Shown: piece after piece, positions 38,740 through 47,827 of the stretch | How the letters are laid out: every line of letters begins with the position of its first letter | How positions within the stretch are numbered: position 1 is the stretch's first letter | Origin: Gaiellaceae bacterium | GTDB lineage: Bacteria; Actinomycetota; Thermoleophilia; Gaiellales; Gaiellaceae | Length of the DNA stretch: 55,318 bases | Direction: 5' to 3' | Assembly: GCA_036723535.1 (NCBI GenBank) | Contig: DAIMGZ010000001.1 | Span: 1-55,318, forward strand | Position numbers and translations under genes: made by a program | Notes under the pieces: model-generated | Told to the model about the DNA's origin: nothing | The model's database searches: none | The model's input: only the letters and a program-made list of their open reading frames with translations

Positions 38740-39284
38740 TCCTCGAGGGCGAGCACGTCCGGCTCGAGCCGCTCGAGCCCCGGCACGAGGAGGCGCTCTG
38801 GGCGATCGCCCACGATCCGCGCATCTGGACGCTGATGAAGGTGCGCGGTCACGAGAGCCGCGGGCTCTTCCATGCGTGGTTCGAGTCCGTCCAGCTCGGG
38901 TTTGCGCACTACTTCGACGGCGAGCTCGTCGGCCACACGAGCTACCACAACGACCGCCCCTCCGACCGCGTGGTCGAGATCGGGAACACGTGGCTGCGCC
39001 CCGAAGCGTGGGGGACGGGCGCGAACACCGAGGCGAAGTACCTCCTCCTGCAGCACGCGTTCGAGGACGAGGGCTACCTCCGCGTCGAGTTCAAGACGGA
39101 CGCGACGAATGAGCGCGCGCGGGCGGCGCTCGCGGCGTTGCCGGCCGAGTTCGAGGGCGTGTTCCGCAAGCACATGCTCGTGCGCGGCGGCGAGCGGCGC
39201 GACTCGGCGTGGTATGCGGTGATCGACGACGACTGGCCGGAGGTGAAGGCGGGCCTCGAGCGCCGGCTCGGGTGGCCGGAATGA
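38622..39284 (+). CDS. GNAT N-acetyltransferase (RimJ/RimL-like)
   Basis: EGEHVRLEPLEPRHEEALWAIA..., NTWLRPEAWGTGANTEAKYLLLQHAFE..., NERARAALAAL. The only canonical start (ATG 38622) overlaps the ACAD gene by 118 nt, so the true start may be non-canonical near 38724. Confidence 0.7.
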   Translation: MADGPRRPHLRRARRGAQDRRRAPDPARVLRGGRLALHVVLEGEHVRLEPLEPRHEEALWAIAHDPRIWTLMKVRGHESRGLFHAWFESVQLGFAHYFDGELVGHTSYHNDRPSDRVVEIGNTWLRPEAWGTGANTEAKYLLLQHAFEDEGYLRVEFKTDATNERARAALAALPAEFEGVFRKHMLVRGGERRDSAWYAVIDDDWPEVKAGLERRLGWPE

Positions 39285-39808
39285 GCGTCGAGGTCGTCTT
39301 CGAGACGCACGCGACGAGCGAGGACAACGAGGCCGGGATCGCGACCGGCTGGCCGCCGGGCAAGCTCTCGGCGGCCGGCCGGGAGCAGGCGCGAGAGCTG
39401 GGGGAGCGTCGGCGCGACGACGGGCTGGCAGTCGTCTTCACGTCCGACCTGCGCCGCGCCGTCGAGACGGCGGAGATCGCCTTCGCCGGGTCGCCGCTGC
39501 GCGTCGTTCCCGACGAGCGCCTGCGCGAGTGCGACTACGGCGAGCTGAACGGGACGGTCGAGCCGATCAGCGACCGCGCCGCACGCCTCGACGTGCCGTA
39601 CCCGAACGGCGAGAGCTGGCGGCAGGCGGTCGAGCGGGTGGCGGGCTTCCTCGAGGAGCTGCGGGCGGAGCGTGACGGCGAGCGCGTGCTCGTGATCGGC
39701 CACAGCGCGACGCGGCTCGCCCTCGAGGTCGTCGCCGAGGGCCGCGCGCTGGACGAGCTCGTCGGTGCGCCGTTCGAATGGCAGCCCGGCTGGGAGTACG
39801 TTCTCTAG
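39281..39808 (+). CDS. Histidine phosphatase (phosphoglycerate-mutase-like) family protein
   Basis: ATGA overlap with the GNAT stop. ETHATSEDN (RHG-variant), SDLRRAVETAEI, and VIGHSATR motifs. Confidence 0.8.
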   Translation: MSVEVVFETHATSEDNEAGIATGWPPGKLSAAGREQARELGERRRDDGLAVVFTSDLRRAVETAEIAFAGSPLRVVPDERLRECDYGELNGTVEPISDRAARLDVPYPNGESWRQAVERVAGFLEELRAERDGERVLVIGHSATRLALEVVAEGRALDELVGAPFEWQPGWEYVL

Positions 39809-40224
39809 GCGCCGCGCACGATCTGCGTGCAGCGGGCGCTGGCCAGGAGCTCGCCGTCCTGGAACAGCTCGGCTGCGCAGAAGACGACACGCCGGTTCCG
39901 CTGCACGACGTGTCCTTCGGCCCGCAGTGTCCCGGGCCGGCCCGAGCGGTGGAACTCGGTGCGCAGGTCGGCGGTGAGGAAGTCCTCGTCCTCCGCCATC
40001 AGCGTCCAGCAAGCGCCGCCCATCGCGGTGTCGAGGAGCGCCGCGACCATGCCGCCGTGGACGATCGGCCCGCTCGGCGAGTGGAAGCAGTACTCCGGGG
40101 TCGCGTCCCACTCGATCACCGCACGGCCGTCGGCCTGCTCGACGCCGCGGTAGCGAAGCGTGTTCCAGACGTGCGGGTCGGGCGGCGGGAACTCGCCCCA
40201 CGGCTTCCGGCTCCGAGGACTCAT
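39805..40224 (-). CDS. PaaI/hot-dog fold thioesterase
   Basis: Internal ATG 40224. ...PIVHGGMVAALLDTAMGGA... motif typical of PaaI-type thioesterases. Confidence 0.78.
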   Translation of the reverse strand: MSPRSRKPWGEFPPPDPHVWNTLRYRGVEQADGRAVIEWDATPEYCFHSPSGPIVHGGMVAALLDTAMGGACWTLMAEDEDFLTADLRTEFHRSGRPGTLRAEGHVVQRNRRVVFCAAELFQDGELLASARCTQIVRGA

Positions 40225-40856
40225 CGGGGTCCCGGAACCCCCGGGAAGCGGAACGGCTCGACGCGGTTCGGCTGCACGATCCAGGCGCAGCCGGTCTCGG
40301 GATCCTCGAGTACGCGCAGCGCCGCCTCGGCGACGAACGACGCGTCCATGAGCGGAAGGTCGAGCCGCCCGCGCAGCTCCGCGTCGACGAGCGGCGTGTC
40401 GGTGAAGCCCGGGCAGAGCGCGTTGAGCCGGATGCCGCGCGTCGCGAGCGCCGGCGCCGCCGCGCGCACCCAGCCGACGACGGCGTGCTTCGTCGCCGTG
40501 TAGGCGGGATCGTGCGGCATCGCGGTGAGACCGGCGAGCGAGGCCGTGGCGACGATCGAGCCGCCGCGGGGCATCAGCCGGGCCGCGAGCTCCCGCGTCC
40601 CGTAGACGACGCCCTCGAGGTTCGCTCTGAGGATGCGTTGCCACTCGTCGTCGGCCAGCTCGGCAGCGTCGGCGCAACCGCTGCCGGTGCCGGCGTTGAG
40701 AAAGGCGGCGTCGAACTCTCCCTCGAGCGACCGCCACGCCTCCGGCTCGCCGACGTCGAAGTCGGGCAGGTCGAGGACGGTCACCTCAGCGTTGCCGAGC
40801 GCCTCGGCGATCGCCGAGCCGATCGCGCCGCGGCCACCGGTCACGAGCGCCTTCAT
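40221..40856 (-). CDS. SDR family oxidoreductase
   Basis: Internal ATG 40856. ALVTGGRGAIGSAIA, NAG, YTATKHAV. Confidence 0.82.
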   Translation of the reverse strand: MKALVTGGRGAIGSAIAEALGNAEVTVLDLPDFDVGEPEAWRSLEGEFDAAFLNAGTGSGCADAAELADDEWQRILRANLEGVVYGTRELAARLMPRGGSIVATASLAGLTAMPHDPAYTATKHAVVGWVRAAAPALATRGIRLNALCPGFTDTPLVDAELRGRLDLPLMDASFVAEAALRVLEDPETGCAWIVQPNRVEPFRFPGVPGPR

Positions 40857-41764
40857 GGCAGCAGCACCACCTTCCCGACGCTCCGGCGCGACTCGACGAG
40901 CGCATGTGCCTGCTCGACCTCGGCGTGAGGGAACTCCGCGCCGACGTGCGGCCGGATCGTGCCCGCGCGCCAGAGCTCGAGCAGCTCGCTCGTCGCGCCT
41001 GCGACGACGTCCGGCGCGTGGCGAAGCAGGCGGCCGAGGTAGACGCCCTGGACGCCGACGTTCCGGCCCACGAGCTGCACCGGCTGCAGCTCGGACCAGC
41101 GTCCGCCCGCGTAGCCGATCGCCACGAGCTGGCCGAGCGGGCGCAGCCGCCCGACCGCGGCCTCGAACAGCTCGCCGCCGACCGGGTCGACGACCACGTC
41201 GACGCGCAGGTCGTCCGGAAGCTCGTCGTAGACGAAGGCCTCCTCGGCTCCGAGCTCGCGGCAGAGCTCGAGCTTCTCGGGCGAGCCGGCAGCCGCCACG
41301 ACGCGCGCGCCGAGCGCCCGCGCGACCTGGATCGTCGCGGTGCCGACGCCGCCGGCCGCGGCGTGCACGAGCACCGTCGCGCCGTCGCGGAGCCGCACCT
41401 GCCGCGTCAGCGGCACGTACGCGGTGAGGAAGGTGAGGAGGAAGCCGGCGCCCTCGGCGAAGCTCGCCCCGTCCGGCAGCGGTACGAGCGAGGCGCGGGG
41501 AACGGCGGCGAGCTCGGCGTAGCCGCCCGCGGAGAGAAGCGCCATCACGCGCGTCCCGTCCTCGAGCTCGCCCGCGAGCTCCGCGCCGAGGACGGTCGGC
41601 AGCTCCGGCATCTGCGGGTAGCGGCCCCGCCGGATGAGGATGTCGAGGAAGTTGATCCCGGCCGCGCGCACGCGCACGAGAGCCTCGCCGTCCTGTGGGA
41701 CAGGGTCGGCGACCTCGCGGAGCTCGAAGGCCCCGTCGACCTCGTTGAGGACGGCCGCTCTCAA
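40853..41764 (-). CDS. Quinone oxidoreductase / zeta-crystallin-like MDR
   Basis: TTG 41764 overlaps the upstream stop (TTGA). AAGINFLDILIRRGRYP and VLVHAAAGGVGTATIQVARALGARV. Confidence 0.82.
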   Translation of the reverse strand: MRAAVLNEVDGAFELREVADPVPQDGEALVRVRAAGINFLDILIRRGRYPQMPELPTVLGAELAGELEDGTRVMALLSAGGYAELAAVPRASLVPLPDGASFAEGAGFLLTFLTAYVPLTRQVRLRDGATVLVHAAAGGVGTATIQVARALGARVVAAAGSPEKLELCRELGAEEAFVYDELPDDLRVDVVVDPVGGELFEAAVGRLRPLGQLVAIGYAGGRWSELQPVQLVGRNVGVQGVYLGRLLRHAPDVVAGATSELLELWRAGTIRPHVGAEFPHAEVEQAHALVESRRSVGKVVLLP

Positions 41765-43371
41765 CCGGTCTGCGCCGGCTCGGCCGCGAACCGCTCGCGT
41801 AGGTCGATCTTGCGGAACTTGCCGACGCTCGTCTTCGGGATCTCGTCCACGAACTCGAACCGGTCCGGCAGCCACCACTTCGCGAACCGTGGCGCAAGGA
41901 ACTCCTGCAGCTCCTCGGCGGTCGCGGAGGCGCCCTCCTTCAGGACCACCGCTGCGAGCGGCCGCTCGCCCCATTTCTCGTCCGGCACGGCGATCACCGC
42001 GGCCTCGGCGACGGCCGGATGCGCCATGAGCGCGTTCTCGAGCTCGACGGACGAGATCCACTCTCCGCCGGACTTGATTACGTCCTTCGAGCGGTCCTTG
42101 ATCTGGATGAACCCGCGCGGGTGGATGGAGACGATGTCGCCGGTGCGGAACCAGCCGTCCTCCGTCCAGCGATCGGCGCACTCCGGCGCGTCGTGGTACG
42201 CCGCCGCGACCCACGGCCCGCGCACCTCGAGCTCGCCCATCGCCTCGCCGTCCCACGGCACCTCCTCGTCGCCGGCGCGCACGCGGATCTCGACGAACGG
42301 GAGCGGGATGCCGGCGGTCGCCTGGAAGTCCCAGCGCGTGTCGGCGTCCGCCTCGGCCAGGTCGTACGGGAGAGCAACCGTCGAGGCGACTGGAGACGTC
42401 TCGGTCATTCCCCAGCCCTGGCAGATGCGGAGGCCGTGGCGCTCCTCGAAGGCGGCGATCAGCGCGCGCGGCACCGCCGAGCCGCCGATGAGCATCGCCT
42501 TCATCGCCGAGAGATCCCAGCGGCCGGGCTCGGCGTCGAGCCGCGCGAGGATCCCCATCCAGATCGTCGGCACGCCCGCGGCCCACGAGACGCGCTCCTG
42601 CTCCATGTCCTCGAGCAGGCTGTCGGCGTCGAGGTGCGGCCCGGGATAGACAAGCTTCGCGCCCTGCATCGTTGCGAGGTACGGGTAGCCCCACGCGTTC
42701 GCGTGGAACATCGGCACGACCGGCATGACGGCGTCGTCGATGCCGACGCCCAGCCCGAGTGGGTTGTTCGCGCCGACGCCGAGTGCGTGCAGGACGGACG
42801 AGCGGTGCGAGTAGACGACGCCGCGCGGCCGGCCCGTCGTGCCGCTCGTGTAGCACATCGCCGCCGCCTCACGCTCGTCGAGCTCCGGGTCCTCCCACTC
42901 GTCGGGATCGGCGGTCGCGAGCAGCTCCTCGTACGAGTCCTCGACGACCCAGACGTGCTCGATCGGCGTCCTCTCGCGGAACTGTTCGAGCAGCGGCAGG
43001 AGCGCACGGTCGACGATCACCGCGCGGTCGCCGGCGTGGGTTGCGATGTACGCGAGGTCGTTCGGATGGAGGCGGAGGTTGAGCGTGTGGAGGACGAAGC
43101 CGCCGCACGGGACGCCGAAGTACGCCTCGTGGTGCTGGTGGTGGTTCCAGCAGAGCGTCGCCACGCGGTCGCCGCGCTCGAGGCCGGCCTTCCGCAAGGC
43201 CGCGGCCAGCTGCCGGGCGCGCCGCAGCGTCTCGCGGTGGTTGGTGCGGTGGAAGCTCTTGTCGGGGAGGCGGGTGACGATCTCGCCGTCGCCGAAGAAC
43301 GTCTCCGCCCGGCGCAGCAGGTGCGTGAGCGTGAGCGGGAAGTCCATCATCAGGCCTTCCATCCGGCTCAT
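41761..43371 (-). CDS. fadD: Long/medium-chain acyl-CoA synthetase (AMP-forming)
   Basis: AMP-binding motif YTSGTTGRPRGV, GWGMTETSP, FRTGDI, KDRSKDVIKSGGEWIS. Start may be 43350 (MMDFPL). Confidence 0.9.
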   Translation of the reverse strand: MSRMEGLMMDFPLTLTHLLRRAETFFGDGEIVTRLPDKSFHRTNHRETLRRARQLAAALRKAGLERGDRVATLCWNHHQHHEAYFGVPCGGFVLHTLNLRLHPNDLAYIATHAGDRAVIVDRALLPLLEQFRERTPIEHVWVVEDSYEELLATADPDEWEDPELDEREAAAMCYTSGTTGRPRGVVYSHRSSVLHALGVGANNPLGLGVGIDDAVMPVVPMFHANAWGYPYLATMQGAKLVYPGPHLDADSLLEDMEQERVSWAAGVPTIWMGILARLDAEPGRWDLSAMKAMLIGGSAVPRALIAAFEERHGLRICQGWGMTETSPVASTVALPYDLAEADADTRWDFQATAGIPLPFVEIRVRAGDEEVPWDGEAMGELEVRGPWVAAAYHDAPECADRWTEDGWFRTGDIVSIHPRGFIQIKDRSKDVIKSGGEWISSVELENALMAHPAVAEAAVIAVPDEKWGERPLAAVVLKEGASATAEELQEFLAPRFAKWWLPDRFEFVDEIPKTSVGKFRKIDLRERFAAEPAQTG

Positions 43372-43375
43372 GGTC

Positions 43376-44275
43376 TCACGTCAGGATCGCCTCCGCGAGC
43401 TCCAGCCTGAGCTCGCCGGGACGGCGGCCGAAGCCCTCGAGCCAGAGGGCGCGCTTGTAGAACCGGTGCAGCGGGTGCTCCCACGTGAAGCCGATGCCGC
43501 CGTGCACCTGAATCGAGCGCTCACACGCAGCTACTGCGGCCTCGGTCGCGAACGCTTTAGCGGCCGCGGCGGCGAGCGGCGCGCGCTCGTCCTCCTCCGC
43601 GACGCACCAGGCAGCCCAGTAGACGAGCGACCGGGCGAGCTCTACGTCGGTGTACGTCTGCGCGAGCGGATGGGAGACGGCCTGATACGTGCCGATCGGC
43701 TTCTCGAACTGGAGGCGCGTCTTCGCGTGCTCGACGCCGAGGTCGAGCGCCCGCTGCGCGACGCCGAGCGCCTCGGCCGCGCTTGCCGTGCGGGCACGCG
43801 GCAGGTTGCGGTTTCCCGCGAGGGGTGTCCCGTCGCCGCGCTCGAGGACGCCGAGCGGCCGGGACGGATCGACGCTCGGGCGGTCCTCTCCTCGAGCCGG
43901 GTAGGCCGTGCCTCCGCCGGCGACGACGTAGTCGACCGCTTGGAGCCACGGGACGTAGCCGTCCACCTCGACCGACCAGCGCTCCGCGCCGGCTGCGACC
44001 TGCGCCCGCTGCTCCGGCGAAAGCCACGGAAGCGCGAAGCCGACGGTCGCGAGATACGGGCCCGGGTAGCCGGCGTAGCCGAGCTCCTCGAGCAGCAGCG
44101 CCTCCTCGACGAAGCCGAGCTCCGCGTCGGCGACGTCGAGCCAGCCGAGCTCGGCGAGCTCGCCCCAGCGGTCGTCCGGCGAATCCCAGTCGCGGTCGAG
44201 GGGGAAGCGGTCGGCGAGCCACGCACGCGCCTGCTGCTTCAGCTCGAGCTGCTCTTCGGTCAGCGTGAAGTCCAT
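43376..44275 (-). CDS. Acyl-CoA dehydrogenase family protein, short partner subunit
   Basis: Internal ATG 44275. MDFTLTEEQLELKQQARAW... and the C-terminal IQVHGGIGFTWEHPLHRFYKRA. 299 aa, immediately after the 380-aa ACAD. Confidence 0.82.
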   Translation of the reverse strand: MDFTLTEEQLELKQQARAWLADRFPLDRDWDSPDDRWGELAELGWLDVADAELGFVEEALLLEELGYAGYPGPYLATVGFALPWLSPEQRAQVAAGAERWSVEVDGYVPWLQAVDYVVAGGGTAYPARGEDRPSVDPSRPLGVLERGDGTPLAGNRNLPRARTASAAEALGVAQRALDLGVEHAKTRLQFEKPIGTYQAVSHPLAQTYTDVELARSLVYWAAWCVAEEDERAPLAAAAAKAFATEAAVAACERSIQVHGGIGFTWEHPLHRFYKRALWLEGFGRRPGELRLELAEAILT

Positions 44276-45417
44276 CAGCGCGACCTCGGGAGGCCGAGCA
44301 CCCGCTCGGCGATGATGTTGCGGAGCACCTCCGACGTGCCGGCCTCGATCGTGTTGCCGCGGCTGCGGAGCTGCTGGTGGTTCCACCAGCCGTCGTCGAG
44401 GATGCCGCCGGCCTCGTCGAGCTCCCGCGCGAGCTTCGTCAGCCGCTGGTTCGCCTCCGACCAGCGCAGCTTGACCCCTGAGCCTTCCGGGCCCGGGACG
44501 CCGGTGCGCTGGTACGTGCCGAGGGCGCGGTAGTTCGTGTAGCGGAGGCCCTGCAGCTCGATCCACTCGCGCGCGACGGCCTCGCGCAGGCGCGGGTCGA
44601 GATCGTGCGCGCGCGCGTCCTCGAGCAGCCGCCCGAACAACGCGTCGAGGGTGGCCGTGAGCGCGAAGCCGAGCGTCGCGCGCTCGTGCAGGAGCGTCGT
44701 CATCGCCACCTGCCAGCCGTCGCCGTCCTCGCCCAAGCGGTTCTCAACCGGCACCTGGACATCCGTGAAGAAGATCTCGTTGAACTCCGCCTCGCCCGTG
44801 ATCTGCCGCAGCGGCCGCACCTCGACGCCGGGCGCGTGCATGTCGACGAGGAGGTACGTGAGGTTCCGGTACCGCGGCGCGTCCGGGTCGCTCTGCGTGA
44901 CGAGGATGCAGAAGTCGGCGATGTGCGCGAAAGACGACCACACCTTCTGGCCGTTGACGGCGTAGACGTCGCCGCGGCGCTCGGCTCGCGTGCGCACGGC
45001 GGCGAGGTCGGAGCCGGCGTCCGGCTCGGAGAAGCCCTGGCACCAGATCTCGTCGGCGGCAAGGATCGGCTGGAGGTAGCGCGCCTTCTGCTCCTCCGTC
45101 CCGTGCGCGACGATCGTCGGCCCGGCCATGCTGAGGCCGATCACGCCCACGTGGGAGGGAGCCTGCGCCGCGACGAGCTCCTCGTAGAGGATGGCCTGGA
45201 AGCTGTGTGGCGCTCCCGCGCCGCCGTACTCCTTCGACCAGGTCAGCCCGGCGTAGCCGGCCGCGTACAGCTTCCGGCTCCACTCGCGGACGAACGGATC
45301 CTCGAAGCGCTGCGCTCCGCCGCGGCCGCCGCGCTTCTCGGGCGGCAGGTTCGCGTCGACCCAGGCGCGCAGCTCCGCGCGGAACCGAGCCTCCTCCGGC
45401 GTATCGCGGAGGTCCAC
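44275..45417 (-). CDS. Acyl-CoA dehydrogenase family protein
   Basis: GTG start. WCQGFSEPDAGSDLAA, QKVWSSFAH. The C-terminal region lacks the usual extended tail. Paired with the downstream ACAD. Confidence 0.85.
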   Translation of the reverse strand: MDLRDTPEEARFRAELRAWVDANLPPEKRGGRGGAQRFEDPFVREWSRKLYAAGYAGLTWSKEYGGAGAPHSFQAILYEELVAAQAPSHVGVIGLSMAGPTIVAHGTEEQKARYLQPILAADEIWCQGFSEPDAGSDLAAVRTRAERRGDVYAVNGQKVWSSFAHIADFCILVTQSDPDAPRYRNLTYLLVDMHAPGVEVRPLRQITGEAEFNEIFFTDVQVPVENRLGEDGDGWQVAMTTLLHERATLGFALTATLDALFGRLLEDARAHDLDPRLREAVAREWIELQGLRYTNYRALGTYQRTGVPGPEGSGVKLRWSEANQRLTKLARELDEAGGILDDGWWNHQQLRSRGNTIEAGTSEVLRNIIAERVLGLPRSR

Positions 45418-45426
45418 GCCTGGAGG

Positions 45427-46353
45427 CTATCCGGCCGCGGGTGCCGGAAGAAGCTCCCCCGGCCCCTCGGCGACGACGCGCTGTCGCTCGACCGGCAGCA
45501 GCGTCACGACGAGGACGATGATCGCGAAGCCGAGCCACTGCGACCAGACGAGCCCGATGTTGTAGGCGTAGACGCCGGCGAGGACGAGGACAGCGGGGTT
45601 CGTGAGCTCCGCGATCGACGAGAGAACGGCGGGCGTGCGTTGCAGGCCGTAGTAGTAGAGCGCAAGGGAGAACAGCCCGGTCACGAGGGCAAGGGACAGG
45701 ATCCAGCCGGTCGCATGCACGCCGGCATACCACTCCGCGTTCAGCGCGACGACGGCAACCGCCGACGCGGCGAGGCCGAACAGGAAGCGCAGGGCGAGGA
45801 CGTGGTCGAAAGAGACGCGCCGGATCAGGTAGCGGCCCAGCACGGTGCCGAGACCCCAGAGGACGGCGGCGGCGAGCGCCTCGAGCACAGCCCGGAGACC
45901 GTTTGCACTCGGGTCGAGCGGGTGGGCCTGGTTGACGAGCCAGAGCCCCGCGAGGCCGCCGGCGAGGAACCAGCCGAAGCGCGGCCGCGGGCGTTCGCCG
46001 AGGATCAGCGCCGCTCCCATCACCGCCACGAGCGGTTGCGCCTTCTGCATCACGACCGCCGAGACGAAGTCGTGCTGCAGCGCCTGCGTGAAGAGAATCG
46101 TGGCCGCAGCAGAGGCGCCGGCCCCGACCACGACTGCCGCGACGACGTAACGTGCGCCGGCGCTCCACACCGCACGGAGCGCCGGCAGCAGCAAGGGCAA
46201 CGTGAGCAGCACGAGGAAGACGTGCTCGCCGAAGACGATGGTGCTTGCCGGGACGCTCAGGATGGACTTGCGGAGGAGCGGGTCGGTGCCCCACATCGCG
46301 GCGGCGACCGCGACGAGGACGACCCCGGGAACGGCTGCCGGCTTCACACGCAT
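45427..46353 (-). CDS. DMT superfamily (EamA-like) transporter
   Basis: Ten hydrophobic segments in two EamA-like repeats. Confidence 0.8.
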   Translation of the reverse strand: MRVKPAAVPGVVLVAVAAAMWGTDPLLRKSILSVPASTIVFGEHVFLVLLTLPLLLPALRAVWSAGARYVVAAVVVGAGASAAATILFTQALQHDFVSAVVMQKAQPLVAVMGAALILGERPRPRFGWFLAGGLAGLWLVNQAHPLDPSANGLRAVLEALAAAVLWGLGTVLGRYLIRRVSFDHVLALRFLFGLAASAVAVVALNAEWYAGVHATGWILSLALVTGLFSLALYYYGLQRTPAVLSSIAELTNPAVLVLAGVYAYNIGLVWSQWLGFAIIVLVVTLLPVERQRVVAEGPGELLPAPAAG

Positions 46354-46476
46354 CCGGAGCTGAGGCTAGCGCGCCGGCAGCACCCGGAGTACGCTCCGCG
46401 GGTGATCCTGTATTGGCTGTTCAAGAGGATCCGCCGCTGGTGGGCGGCCCGTCAGTCCACGTCTGCGGGCTGACCC

Positions 46477-47696
46477 TCACACTTCGAAGCGCAGTAGATC
46501 GCCGACGGTCTCCCGTTCGCGGATCAGGCGTGCCCCGCCGTCCGCAACGAGCACGACCGCCGGCCGCGGGACGCCGTTGTACGTCGAGCCGAGCGCCAGC
46601 GTGTAGGCGCCCGTCGCCGGCACCGCGAGCAGGTCGCCCGGCCGCGGCTCCGGCAGCTCCGCCGCCTCGATCAGGACGTCGCCCGACTCGCAGTGCTTGC
46701 CGGCGATCCGATAGACGCCGGTCGGCAGCTCCTCTGCGCGGTTCCCGAGCAGCGCCTCGTAGCGCGCGCCGTAGAGCTGCGGGGCGGGTTGTCCGACATG
46801 CCCCCGTCGATCGCGGCGTACGTGACGCCGCCCGACTCCTTGACGGTGCCGATGCGGTAGAGCGTCACGCCTGCGCGGCCGACGAGCGAGCGTCCCGGCT
46901 CGAGGATCAGCGAGACACCCTCGGGCACCTGCTCGGCGAGCGGGCGGACGAACTCCGCCACAGAGAGCAGCTCCTCCTCGCGGTTGTGGCGGACGCCGAG
47001 GCCGCCGCCGAGGTCGAGCACGCGCGGCCTCCACTGAAGCCGTTCGAGAAACGCGAGCACACGCTCGAGCGCGAGGACGCTCTCGTCAACTCGTCCGAGC
47101 TGCGAGCCGACGTGGACGTGGACGCCTTCGACCTCGAGCCCGAGCTCGCGCGCCCGCTCGATCTCCCGGACGGCCGCCTCGGGAGCCAGGCCGAACTTCG
47201 ACTCCTCGTGTGCCGTCTGGATCGAGCGGTGCGTCACGGCCTCGACGCCCGGCGTCAGCCGCACGAGCACGCGCCGGACTCCCGCTGCCGCCGCCGGCTC
47301 CGCCTCGCCGGGCGAGTCGAGGACGACGAGTGCGCCGGCCTCGGCCGCGGCGTGAAGCTCGTCGTGCGACTTGTTGTTGCCGTGGAACACGATCCGCTCG
47401 CCCGGAATCCCTGCGGCCTGCGCGAAGGCGAGCTCGCCGAGGGTGGAGACGTCGGCCCCGACTCCCTCCTCCGCGAGCAGCCGCAGCAGCGCGACGTTGG
47501 CGAACGCCTTCGTCCCGTAGACGATCAGCGCGCCGGGCGCAGCGTCGCGGTACGCGCGCACCTGGTCGCGAATCGTGCGCTCGCAGTAGACGAGAAGCGG
47601 TGTCCCGTGCTCGTCGGCCAGGCGGGTTGCGGGCACGCCGCCGAGGGTCAGCTCTCCTCCCTCGATCCGGGCGCTTTCTGGAAGGAATTCGAGCAC
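46477..47696 (-). pseudogene. lysA: Diaminopimelate decarboxylase, apparent -1 frameshift
   Basis: N-terminal 2/3 is in ORF 46671..47834 (...GTPLLVYCE..., YGTKAF, HVHVGSQ, GGGLGV, EPGRSLV, YAAIDGGMSDNP). The C-terminal 1/3 is in ORF 46477..47034 (PQLYGARYEALL..., CESGD, GAYTLALGSTYNG). Span length 1220 nt = 3n+2. The junction gacaacccg-cc-ccgcag (about 46781-46790) lacks one base of the expected Arg codon. Confidence 0.8.
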
Positions 47697-47717
47697 GCTG
47701 CTAGTATCGGGAACCCA

Positions 47718-47807
47718 ATGCAGGAGCTGCTTCTTACGTAGGAAAGGGAGACACGCGCGGTGACCCCGCGCCGACCTCCCCACGGCCTCTCCTCGGAGAG
47801 GTTTTTT
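47718..47807 (+). promoter_or_regulatory. Candidate leuS leader: 7-codon Leu-rich uORF, GC hairpin and intrinsic terminator
   Basis: uORF ATG CAG GAG CTG CTT CTT ACG TAG (47718-47741, MQELLLT). Hairpin gggag...gcgcgg-tgacc-ccgcgc...ctccc (47746-47780). Terminator stem cctctc/gagagg (47786-47801) with loop ctcg and T6 (47802-47807), 21 nt before the leuS ATG. Confidence 0.45.
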
Positions 47808-47827
47808 CGTTCCAGAAGACGTTTTCG

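Noticed and set aside
47746-47780. A T-box riboswitch upstream of leuS (GGTGACCCCGCG resembles the T-box GGUGGUACCGCG).
   Set aside because: The UGGN tRNA-acceptor-binding bulge is absent (UGAC). There is no room for Stem I or a specifier loop in the 130-nt leader. The Leu-codon uORF model fits better.
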